NCBI GenBank assembly: GCA_021784815.1
Contig: JAJYHK010000004.1
Span: 16,255 to 80,254, forward strand
Length of the DNA stretch: 64,000 nucleotides
From: a bacterium
GTDB taxonomy: Bacteria; Patescibacteriota; Minisyncoccia; Phycocordibacterales; Phycocordibacteraceae
Reading direction: 5' to 3'
A program made the position numbers and the translations under genes. The notes below the pieces were generated by a model that worked only from the letters and a program-made list of their open reading frames with translations, ran no database searches and was not told the DNA's origin. This document shows positions 36,648 through 44,928 of this stretch, one piece after another (the first letter of the stretch is position 1; each line of letters starts with the position of its first letter).

Positions 36648-36705
36648 CCGCCCGAAGACTTTTGTATCGGACAGACCCGAAGGGCTTATTCTAGGCCGTT
36701 ATTGA
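36648..36705. repeat. Type-2 repeat copy C3 (attR-like), preceded by a degenerate T-loop 'gggttcgagc'
   Basis: Identical 33-nt core then 'agggcttattctaggccgttatt'. Upstream 'aaatgggttcgagcaaacg' resembles a decayed tRNA T-arm. Confidence 0.6.
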
Positions 36706-36968
36706 AACGTAAGAGAAATGTCTTGTCAGGCCGCCTCGTCCCCTATCAACGCGAAATCGGTTGAAATTCGTTCCGGTACATGGTATCTTGACTAGCGTAG
36801 GTCGAAACCTTTTGCCAGCTAATTACTGGGATGAGGTTTCGTTTTGCTTTATGCAGAACGGATCTCATCTGCCCATCCAACATGGACGATACTCAGGTTG
36901 AGAAGACGGAAGGTGAGGAGACGACGGAGGAGACCTCCGGCGACGCCCCCCAGGGCGAGTAAGCTTTC

Positions 36969-37006
36969 AAAAACAGAACCCGCGCGGATGCGCGGGTTCT
37001 GTTTTT
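36969..37006. terminator. Bidirectional intrinsic terminator
   Basis: 'aaaacagaacccgcgc-ggat-gcgcgggttctgtttt' perfect stem flanked by A/T runs, downstream of trxB. Confidence 0.7.
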
Positions 37007-37020
37007 GAAACATTCGGACG

Positions 37021-37953
37021 CTACGTACTCGCGTGCGTCTTGAGCCAAAGGTAGAGGTCTTCGAGCGCCTTAACGCCGTCGCCGGCGGCAATATTGTTTT
37101 GGTGATAGAGCTCATCGGTGCAGTCGCCGGCGGCCCAAATGCCCTCCGTGCTTGTGCGCTGGGTGCGCGGGTCCACCGTTACGCGCTTCACCGCATCGAG
37201 CTCGAGCAGGCCTTCAGCGAACTCGGTGCTAGGAATGACGCCTGCTTCTACGAAGACGCCCGAGACCGGCAGTATGGCCTCTTCGCCGGTGTCCGTATTG
37301 CGGTAGCGCAGACCGCTCACGAATTGTTCCCCAATAACCTCGGTTGGCTCGGCATGGGTAATGGTATGCATATGAGGGTGCGCGCACACGCGCTCGACGG
37401 TAATAGGGTCAGCTTTAAAGGTTGCGTGGCGGTGAATGAGAGTGACTGATTTTGCATATGCGAGCAGTTGGGCGGCGGTCTCGAAGCCGGCGTTACCGCC
37501 GCCCACGACAGCGACGTCCATGCCGGCAAAGAGCGGGCCGTCGCACGACGCGCAATACGTGACGCCCTTATGTTCAAACTTTTGCGCACCCGGGACTTCG
37601 AGCTTCCGGCGGGAGGCGCCGCTCGCGATGAGGACCGCACGTGCATCGACGGTCTCGCCACCCTTCGTGATCGCGCGGAAGCCGCCCTCAATCCGCGCAA
37701 GTTTCTCGACGCGCGTGCCCAGTTTGAGTGTGATCTTGTCGCCCATCACTACCTCGAGGTGCGCTCTGAGTGTCTTAGCGAGATCGGCGCCGGAAATCTT
37801 TGCGAGCCCGATCCAATTCTCGATCCCCTCCGATACGACGGACTGTCCGCCGATTTCTTCCGCGATGAATTCAGTTTGCAAATACTTGCGTGCAGCGTAC
37901 ACGCCGGCCGCAACGCCTGCAGGGCCGCCGCCAATAATGATGAGATCCTTCAT
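37021..37953 (-). CDS. trxB: Thioredoxin-disulfide reductase
   Basis: 'IIIGGGPAGVAAGVYAAR' FAD site, redox 'CASCDG', NADPH 'VAVVGGGNAGFETA'. Confidence 0.85.
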   Translation of the reverse strand: MKDLIIIGGGPAGVAAGVYAARKYLQTEFIAEEIGGQSVVSEGIENWIGLAKISGADLAKTLRAHLEVVMGDKITLKLGTRVEKLARIEGGFRAITKGGETVDARAVLIASGASRRKLEVPGAQKFEHKGVTYCASCDGPLFAGMDVAVVGGGNAGFETAAQLLAYAKSVTLIHRHATFKADPITVERVCAHPHMHTITHAEPTEVIGEQFVSGLRYRNTDTGEEAILPVSGVFVEAGVIPSTEFAEGLLELDAVKRVTVDPRTQRTSTEGIWAAGDCTDELYHQNNIAAGDGVKALEDLYLWLKTHAST

Positions 37954-38052
37954 ACACCGTTCAGTATACTCTAGGGCCAGTTTTCTGGCGCGCGGGGATA
38001 ACGAAACGCGCTGGGCAGTCGCCCGCGCGTTTCGTTAAAAAGCAGCCTCGGT

Positions 38053-39360
38053 TTATTTCCTGTGGCGGCGGAGGAACGCAGGGATCGCCCCCCATGCCTC
38101 ATCGTCTTCCGGCTCGGGTGCAGCCGCTTCTTCGCGTTTACGTGGCGCTGCAGTTACGATCGGTTCTTCCTTCTCAAGCGAGGAAGGGGCAGTCGATGAG
38201 CGTTGTGGCGCAAGCTCAGGCTTCTCCTCCGCTCTTTCCTTTACCGGTTGCTTCGCCGCGGGCTCCTCGACGCGTTCTTCGCGCTTCAGGAGTTCGTGAT
38301 AGATGCGCCCGCGCTGTTCCTCTTCGCGGCGCTCGCTCGACACGGCCATCGAGAAGAGTGACCGCTCGTGCGCGTGGCTTGCGCCGGTTGAGTGGACAGC
38401 GCCCTCGGGGAAGCCGGTCGCGATGACGATAATGCGGATCTGGCCCTTTTTAAGCTTGTCATCGTGCATCATACCGAAGATGACCCGAGCGTTGGGATCA
38501 ACGGACTCATTGACCACTTTCGCGGCTTCCTGGATTTCCATGATACCAAGATCGTCGGAGCCAGCCACGACAAAGAGAATGCCCTTGGCCCCGCTAATAG
38601 AGACGTCGAGAAGCGGAGAGTTGACCGCCTGGCGCGCCGCTTCCTTAGCGCGGCCGTCGCCATCGGCGACGCCAATGCCCATGAGCGCCGGACCGGCTGC
38701 TTCCATGATGGCTTTAATATCGTTGAAGTCGGTGTTGATTTCACCCGGAGTCGTGATGATGTCGGAGACGCCCTCGACCGCCTGGCGAAGGATCTCATCG
38801 CAGAGCGCGAACGCGTTCTTTGCCGAGGTCTGCACGTCGACCACGGCGAGAAGTTTGTCGTTCGGGATGACAATGAAGGCGTCAACCTCTTTCTTGAGCT
38901 CCTCAAGACCTCGATCGGCGATCTCGCGGCGCTGCGCGCCCTCGAAGGAGAATGGCTTGGTGACGATCGCGATGACGAGCGCACCGACTTCTTTAGCGAT
39001 CTTTGCGACAACAGACGAAGCGCCCGTGCCGGTACCGCCGCCCATACCGCACGTGACGAATACCATGTCGCTGCCCGAGAGCGCCTCTTGGATTTCCTGG
39101 CGCGTCTCTTCCGCAGCGCGCCGACCGAGATCCGGATTCATGCCGGTGCCGAGTCCGCGGGTCAGATTTTTACCAATGTGGATCTTGCGCTTTGCGAGGC
39201 TGCGATGGAGGTCTTGCGCGTCCGAGTTCACCGCGATGAACTCGACGTTTTTCACCTTGGACGCCACCATGTGGTTGACGGCGTTGCAGCCCGATCCGCC
39301 GACGCCTACCACGCGAATGCGCGCAAATGTTTCAATTTCAGGTTCGATCCGCTTCGACAT
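38053..39360 (-). CDS. ftsZ: Cell division GTPase FtsZ
   Basis: 'VVGVGGSGCNAVNHM', tubulin signature 'GMGGGTGTGAS'; C-terminal acidic/Pro-rich linker. Confidence 0.9.
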   Translation of the reverse strand: MSKRIEPEIETFARIRVVGVGGSGCNAVNHMVASKVKNVEFIAVNSDAQDLHRSLAKRKIHIGKNLTRGLGTGMNPDLGRRAAEETRQEIQEALSGSDMVFVTCGMGGGTGTGASSVVAKIAKEVGALVIAIVTKPFSFEGAQRREIADRGLEELKKEVDAFIVIPNDKLLAVVDVQTSAKNAFALCDEILRQAVEGVSDIITTPGEINTDFNDIKAIMEAAGPALMGIGVADGDGRAKEAARQAVNSPLLDVSISGAKGILFVVAGSDDLGIMEIQEAAKVVNESVDPNARVIFGMMHDDKLKKGQIRIIVIATGFPEGAVHSTGASHAHERSLFSMAVSSERREEEQRGRIYHELLKREERVEEPAAKQPVKERAEEKPELAPQRSSTAPSSLEKEEPIVTAAPRKREEAAAPEPEDDEAWGAIPAFLRRHRK

Positions 39361-39462
39361 AGAGACTACTGGTCAGTCCACGCCATAATAACAGAAGCGC
39401 GAGGAATGCAAATATTGACAATATGCAAATGTGACTCGTGCATACCGCATGAAAATGAGCCG

Positions 39463-40623
39463 CTACGGCAGGAACTGTTTGAGGAATCCGGTTACGCTCG
39501 CGCGAAAATTCTTTCTCGGCACGGTCGTCTCGCCAGTGAGACCCCAGACCGCAAGACCGTATGCGACCGCCCAGGTTGCGTCGCGCATCTTGGTGTCGAC
39601 CGAAAGCCGTAGTTCCGCAAGGCGTGCAGGCAGCTTCAGGGTGTCTTTTGCAATGTCGCTAATCGAGCCGATGCCTGCACCGCCTCCCGAGATAATGATG
39701 CCCGCAGGCAAGGGACCGCGCTGTCCAAGCGATTTGAGATGACGCGCTATGAGGCCGAAGAGCGCGTTCAGCCGCATCGAAATGATGTCATCAACCTTCT
39801 TGCGCGGGTACATGTGGCCGGTGAGCTTGCCGAGCTTCACGCGCTCCGCTTCCTCGAGTGAAATACGCAGCCCGAGCGCTATGTCATCAGTCACGTGGCT
39901 CGAGCCCATGGGAAACACCTTTATCGAGAAGGGAATGCCTTCGTCATAGACGACGATAGAGACCGTCTCGGCGCCGATATTTGCGAGCACACAGCCCTTC
40001 ATTTTCTGGTCGTTCGTGAGGAGCATGTAGGACCCGGCAAGCGGGGAAGCCATTTGATCGATGACCTCGATATCAGCGTCTTCAACCGCTTCAGTGAGCA
40101 TTTCCTGATGCTGCGTGAGGCAGGTGATGAAGAGGTAATCAGTCTCGAGCTTGACGCCCTTCATGCCGATCGGATCGCCGAGCACGCGCGTACCGTCGAC
40201 GCGGTGCTCGACCGGGATGCTGTGGAGCACGGTACGGTTAAGGAAGCTCGGGGCTGCTGCAGCGCGCGCGGCATGTGCTGCCTTCTCAATGTCAAGGGGG
40301 GTGATTTCCTGATCGGCGCGGCTGATGACCGCCTCGCCGCTTGCGCGGGTTTCGTCGAGTGAGATGCCTCCAATCGCCACAAAGCCCGAGCGGATCGGGA
40401 CTCGTGCGACTGATTCCGCTTGGCGTTTCGCTTCGCGAATACTCGCAGTCACGTCAGCTTTGTCAACCACATAGCCGCCGCGGAGTCCGCGCGATTCGGC
40501 AAGGCCGGTACCGATGATACGCGGATGGCGCCGCGAGGTGCGCGGATCAGTTACCTCTTCAACCACGACCAGTTTGACCTGGGACGTGCCGATATCAATG
40601 CCGGTGGCGATGCGTCGGGACAT
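39463..40623 (-). CDS. ftsA: Cell division protein FtsA
   Basis: Actin-fold 'IATGIDIGTSQVKLVVVE'; gene order ftsA-ftsZ. Start at MSRRIATG; the ORF-track start overlaps ybeY. Confidence 0.85.
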   Translation of the reverse strand: MSRRIATGIDIGTSQVKLVVVEEVTDPRTSRRHPRIIGTGLAESRGLRGGYVVDKADVTASIREAKRQAESVARVPIRSGFVAIGGISLDETRASGEAVISRADQEITPLDIEKAAHAARAAAAPSFLNRTVLHSIPVEHRVDGTRVLGDPIGMKGVKLETDYLFITCLTQHQEMLTEAVEDADIEVIDQMASPLAGSYMLLTNDQKMKGCVLANIGAETVSIVVYDEGIPFSIKVFPMGSSHVTDDIALGLRISLEEAERVKLGKLTGHMYPRKKVDDIISMRLNALFGLIARHLKSLGQRGPLPAGIIISGGGAGIGSISDIAKDTLKLPARLAELRLSVDTKMRDATWAVAYGLAVWGLTGETTVPRKNFRASVTGFLKQFLP

Positions 40624-41026
40624 GGGTACGAGCGCGCCCGCGACTCTTGACGAAGTGCGCCAAGAGTCTTCGTTCGCTTCGTTCCATCGTACCGCCATGG
40701 GTCTCTCCTTTCAAATGGAGTAATCCGTGGATAAAAAGATAGAGGACGAATACGCGCTCGGTCATCTCGTAGCTGCTCGCTTGTTTACGGGCTTGAGCGA
40801 GGCAGATGAATATCTCGCCGTTTTTCTCGCCGAGGGCATAGGAAAGGACATTCGGGACGTACGTTTTGCGCCGCAGGCGCTCGTTGAGCGTCCTGGCGCG
40901 TGCACTCGGGACGAACACGAGCGAGATATCCCAGCCGGGGAGTACCTTGGCCGTGACGGCTGCATACGGAAAACGCGGCACTCGTTCGTGCCGCGCCAAA
41001 TTGGTTACGGAGACGTTAGCCATCAC
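40595..41026 (-). CDS. ybeY: rRNA maturation endoribonuclease YbeY
   Basis: 'FIHGLLHLKGETHGG' H3xH5xH zinc motif. Confidence 0.75.
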   Translation of the reverse strand: MMANVSVTNLARHERVPRFPYAAVTAKVLPGWDISLVFVPSARARTLNERLRRKTYVPNVLSYALGEKNGEIFICLAQARKQASSYEMTERVFVLYLFIHGLLHLKGETHGGTMERSERRLLAHFVKSRGRARTHVPTHRHRH

Positions 41027-41038
41027 TGATGGCTCGAT

Positions 41039-41293
41039 CTAGCGACGCGTTCGACGCGCTGCCGGATCAATCTTGCCGAGCTTCACGAGCTCCTCGTAGC
41101 GCTCGCGGCGCCCTTTTGAAATGAGTGCGCGGCGATGCTGGACGTTCTTCGACTTCGTGCGCTCCCAGTAGCGGCGATCGCGCATCTCGCGCACGAGGCC
41201 AAGGCCCTGGGCGCGACGGGAGAAACGGCGGATAAGCGCGGTTGAGCTCTCATTCTTGCCGCGGCGGACTTCAATACGAGTGCTAGCTGTCAT
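41039..41293 (-). CDS. rpsU: 30S ribosomal protein bS21
   Basis: 'IEVRRGKNESSTALIRRFSRRAQGLGLVREMRDRRYWERTKSK' matches the S21 pattern (V..GENE..ALRRFKR...G...E.R.R.YEKP). Start at internal Met. Confidence 0.6.
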   Translation of the reverse strand: MTASTRIEVRRGKNESSTALIRRFSRRAQGLGLVREMRDRRYWERTKSKNVQHRRALISKGRRERYEELVKLGKIDPAARRTRR

Positions 41294-41493
41294 GTGTGCC
41301 GCACTGTACCATTTGCGGCCAGCGCGCGCAATGTCCTGGTGCCGCGCTGTGGATTTCACCTGCAAGAACGGCCGCATGCGGAGGCGTGGGGCAATTCAGG
41401 GATGCTGTGCCCGAGAGCCTCGCTAGGGCGAGCCGTCGCGCGGTGCGGGTATCGCTCTCATGAGCGCAAGGCCAAGCGGCGGCCGCGGATGGG

Positions 41494-42642
41494 TTATGCC
41501 GTTACCGAGCGAAGCTCTTCTACGAGCTTGGCGAGTGGAACGACTGTTTCTTGCTGAGTGCGCAGATCGCGCAGGATCGCGCAGTGTTCAAGCGCCTCTT
41601 TGCGGCCCATGACGATCATATAGGGACAGGCGTGGCGCTCGGCAAGGATCAGCTGCTCGGTGAGGCTCTCGACCCCGATATTTTGGAGCAGCGGCAATCG
41701 CGCCTTGCGGAAATGCTCGGCGAGTTCGATGGAAAGCCGCTTCGCTTCATCGCCGATGTGCACGAAGGCGAAGCGTACGCGCGCCGCGCGCTTCGCGGCC
41801 GGTTGGGTGCTTACGATGCCGCTGCTGTTTATCTGCAGCACGACGCCGACCGCCGGCGTCGCCGCGCCAAGGAGGTGCTTGGCAAGGTCGCTATACCGGG
41901 ATCCCCACGCGACGCGCCGATCGCGCACGGTGATTTCAAAGCAGGTCTCGCTCCAAGCGCCGCCCATGCTAATGAGATCGCGCGCGAGCTCATACGGCGT
42001 CTCGGTCATCTCGAGGTACTCGAGCAATTCTTCGAAACGCCTACGGCTTGCATCCGAGAGGTGTTCCGTCGGCACAGGGAGGTCGTCAGCGCACGCACGG
42101 GTGACCACCATTTTAGCTGCCTCGACCGCATTGTCTTTGGCGCGTTCGGTGCAGTCGCTCGGCAGGGAATCGGCGTGCTTGCGGAAATACGTGCCGAGCT
42201 CCCGCGTGTAGCGCGCCCGGGTCTCCTTGTCGCCCATCGAGTTCACCCGGATGACCGGCTCTTCGCCGAACAGCTCGCGGATGAGTACCAACATCGCGCG
42301 CATGATGAGCGTATCAGAGAGCGGCCGGTCGGTACCGATGGCATGGAACTGCACGATGGCCTTTTTAGGCGCTATCCGGCCGGGTGCGATATTGGTATGC
42401 CACACGAAGACGGGTCGGCGGATGTTCGGCTCTGAGTCCGTGCGCTGAAGCTGCTTCACGAAGCTGGCCACCGTTTGAGCAATAGGGTCAAGTGCGAGAC
42501 CTGAAAGTGCGTTCGGTTCCGCGGGCCTCATCGTTCCGCGACTCTTTTGAGTGAGGACCGTCAGGGGTGTAAATCCGTAGTATTGGCCGACCGCGGCGGC
42601 GTGGGTCAAGATCTCGTCAGCGGGAATGGTGTCGCGCATCAT
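41494..42642 (-). CDS. Histidyl-tRNA synthetase-like class II aaRS (HisS or HisZ-like)
   Basis: 'KAIVQFHAIGTD' resembles HisRS motif 2 (RYRQFHQ). The C-terminal anticodon-binding-like region 'PYMIVMGRKEALEHCAILRDLRTQQETVV' resembles HisRS. Divergent overall. Confidence 0.45.
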   Translation of the reverse strand: MMRDTIPADEILTHAAAVGQYYGFTPLTVLTQKSRGTMRPAEPNALSGLALDPIAQTVASFVKQLQRTDSEPNIRRPVFVWHTNIAPGRIAPKKAIVQFHAIGTDRPLSDTLIMRAMLVLIRELFGEEPVIRVNSMGDKETRARYTRELGTYFRKHADSLPSDCTERAKDNAVEAAKMVVTRACADDLPVPTEHLSDASRRRFEELLEYLEMTETPYELARDLISMGGAWSETCFEITVRDRRVAWGSRYSDLAKHLLGAATPAVGVVLQINSSGIVSTQPAAKRAARVRFAFVHIGDEAKRLSIELAEHFRKARLPLLQNIGVESLTEQLILAERHACPYMIVMGRKEALEHCAILRDLRTQQETVVPLAKLVEELRSVTA

Positions 42643-43280
42643 AGCGCCGCAACAGATGGGGAGATTGGGTACACAAAGCCGGTAGCGGAAGCCGAACTGG
42701 TAGCGGTGATGATTTTTGAGGTCTTGTAGGTAGCGGCGCCGGGGAATAGGCCGGCCTGCGGGAGCGGCAGTAGCCGAGCGTCGACGCGGCCGATGATGTC
42801 TTTGCGCGGCACAGGACCCCACACGCGGCTGTCGGAGCTATTGGGCCGGTTATCGCCCATGACGAAGTACTGTCCAGGACCGAGCGTGGTGCTATTGGTG
42901 TAGGTCGTGTCTTCGTTCACGACGTAGGGCTCTTTGAGGATAATGCCCGTGCCGTTTGGCTCGATGATGGTGACGATGCCGTGATTAATCGATACGGTCT
43001 CGCCCGGAAGCCCGATAATGCGCTTGATGTAGAAGATGGAAGGATCGTCCGGGTAGCGGAAGACGATCACGTCGCCGCGCTGCGGCTTGGAGAAATCATA
43101 GACAAGCTCATCGATGATGAGGTAGTCCATGTTGTGGAAGGTGGGGTACATGGATTCGCCATCAACGACGAATGGCGAGATGACAAACAAACGGATGGGA
43201 ATGACGACCACGACGATGAGCAGGGCGAGGATGAAAAGATCTTTCAGCAACCCTTTACCCGTGTCGCGCATTGCGCCCAT
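42639..43280 (-). CDS. lepB: Signal peptidase I
   Basis: 'VVDGESMYPTF' (catalytic Ser), 'GDNRPNSSDSR' box E; N-terminal TM. Confidence 0.8.
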   Translation of the reverse strand: MGAMRDTGKGLLKDLFILALLIVVVVIPIRLFVISPFVVDGESMYPTFHNMDYLIIDELVYDFSKPQRGDVIVFRYPDDPSIFYIKRIIGLPGETVSINHGIVTIIEPNGTGIILKEPYVVNEDTTYTNSTTLGPGQYFVMGDNRPNSSDSRVWGPVPRKDIIGRVDARLLPLPQAGLFPGAATYKTSKIITATSSASATGFVYPISPSVAAL

Positions 43281-43421
43281 TGTACTTGCCTCGAACCAAC
43301 ATGCAAGGCTTGCGCGGTTCGGTTTCTGGAGAATGAAATGAATTGATGAAAGTCTGTAGTGCCGAAGCACGCCGCGCGCACCGGCGCACTAAAGTACGCG
43401 CAGGTGGTACTATGTCGATCA

Positions 43422-44018
43422 ATGCCGCTCGTAATGGTCGGTCTCGGTAACCCGGGCAAGGAGTACGAAAAGACCCGGCACAATGCCGGGCGCATGGCGC
43501 TCGAGCTCTTGGCGAAGCAGGACAAGCTCGAGGATTTTGTATTCAACAAAAAAGCGAACGCGCTCGCCGCGGATGGCGTGGTCGGCGGCGAGAAAACGAC
43601 GCTTGTGCTGCCAGAGACGTTTATGAACGCATCGGGCAAAGCGGTCGCGGCCTTTGTAAAGACGCCCAAAGCGGCAAAGGGCATGCTCGTGGTGCATGAC
43701 GATCTCGATTTGCCCGTTGGAACGATCAAAATGGTGTTTGCCCGCGGCAGCGGCGGCCACAAGGGCGTGGAAAGCATCATGCGCGCTATTAAGACGAAGG
43801 ACTTCGCGCGGATTCGCGTCGGCGTCGCGCCCGCAGGCAAAAAGAATCAGGCAAAGAAGCTCAAAGACGAAGAGAAGGTGATCAAGCACGTGATCGGCGC
43901 GTTCAAGTCGGCAGAAGAGCCGGCGCTTAAGAAGTCGCTCAAGAAGGCGGTCGAAGCTGCGCGCATTTTCGCCGAAAGCGGCATCGAGGCGGCGATGATG
44001 TTTGCGAATACGAAATAA
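43422..44018 (+). CDS. pth: Peptidyl-tRNA hydrolase
   Basis: 'VMVGLGNPGKEYEKTRHNAG', 'VVHDDLDLPVGTIKM', 'GSGGHKGVESI'. Confidence 0.85.
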   Translation: MPLVMVGLGNPGKEYEKTRHNAGRMALELLAKQDKLEDFVFNKKANALAADGVVGGEKTTLVLPETFMNASGKAVAAFVKTPKAAKGMLVVHDDLDLPVGTIKMVFARGSGGHKGVESIMRAIKTKDFARIRVGVAPAGKKNQAKKLKDEEKVIKHVIGAFKSAEEPALKKSLKKAVEAARIFAESGIEAAMMFANTK

Positions 44019-44091
44019 GCGAGCGCAGCGCATAATTCGCTCGTGCAAGTTCTTGATTCTCGTCGTACTCTTGCGGTGATACACTTTCGTT

Positions 44092-44859
44092 ATGAAAAAG
44101 GAGCTGCCGAAATATCCGTCACGGACGCGGTTCGGGGAGATTGTGTGCGAGTATCAGCAGCCGCTGCGCAAGTCGAACAAGGTCGTGATCCTCTGCGGCG
44201 GCATGCCGGGATATCCCGGAAGAACGGCAGGGAGCGTGCTCGCGCGTTTTGCCGAGCGCGGGTACTGGGCGTTTTCGCTCCGGTATCGCGGCAGCTGGGA
44301 GAGCGGTGGGCTTTTCCTTGATAAATCGCCGCACGAAGACGTGCGTGCAGTCATCGACGGGCTCGAAAAGGGGTTTAAAGACGCATGGAGCGAGGAGATG
44401 CGGCGAATCGAGAAGCCGCAGGTGAGCGTCATTGGCGTCTCCTTTGGTGGTCCGGCGGCAATCCTTGTTTCTCGCGACCCGCGCGTCAAGAAGGCCGTGG
44501 CCCTTTCGCCGGTGATCGACTGGATGCGTCAAGAAGGTACGACCGAGCCGCTTGGCTTCATAGCGCGCTTTGTGCGCGACGGTTTCGGCGAAGCGTATCG
44601 AGCCGATAAGACGGCGTGGCTCAAGTTCGCAAGCGGGACCTTCTATAACCCGGTGCGGCACGCCAAAAATATCGACGGCAAAAAGCTGCTCATCATCCAC
44701 GCCAAAGATGACGAGGTGGTCCCGTTTGCACCGGCAAAAGAATTCGCCGACGCGACCGGTGCGTATTTCGTCAGCCTGCGCCGCGGTGGCCATCTTGGCT
44801 CAGCGGCGGTGCTGAAGCCGCACCTCTGGCGACGCGTGGAGCCGTTTCTAAAGAAGTAG
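44092..44859 (+). CDS. Alpha/beta-fold hydrolase (dienelactone hydrolase/peptidase S9-like)
   Basis: Nucleophile elbow 'IGVSFGGPAA'; C-terminal 'HAKDDEVVPF' and 'GGHLG' suggest an Asp/His triad. Confidence 0.55.
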   Translation: MKKELPKYPSRTRFGEIVCEYQQPLRKSNKVVILCGGMPGYPGRTAGSVLARFAERGYWAFSLRYRGSWESGGLFLDKSPHEDVRAVIDGLEKGFKDAWSEEMRRIEKPQVSVIGVSFGGPAAILVSRDPRVKKAVALSPVIDWMRQEGTTEPLGFIARFVRDGFGEAYRADKTAWLKFASGTFYNPVRHAKNIDGKKLLIIHAKDDEVVPFAPAKEFADATGAYFVSLRRGGHLGSAAVLKPHLWRRVEPFLKK

Positions 44860-44928
44860 CGAGAAGCTCGGAAATGGAAAATGCCCGGCCGCGCAGCGGC
44901 CGGGCATTTTCTCGGGAACGGAGTCGAG

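Noticed and set aside
36340-36650. Candidate tmRNA/SRP RNA/6S RNA in the structured non-coding stretch
   Set aside because: No tmRNA tag reading frame or tRNA-like 3' end with CCA, and no SRP domain IV motif (GGAAGCAGC-type) could be found by eye.
36891-36971. 26-codon acidic mini-ORF (MDDTQVEKTEGEETTEETSGDAPQGE) just before the trxB terminator
   Set aside because: Too short and low-complexity, with no SD or conservation evidence available; probably chance.
38303-39612. 361-aa and 406-aa plus-strand ORFs overlapping ftsZ
   Set aside because: Antisense to ftsZ, which has unmistakable tubulin signatures; no motifs of their own.
43419-44084. 221-aa minus-strand ORF opposite pth
   Set aside because: Antisense to pth, which has canonical Pth motifs; Arg/His-rich translation.
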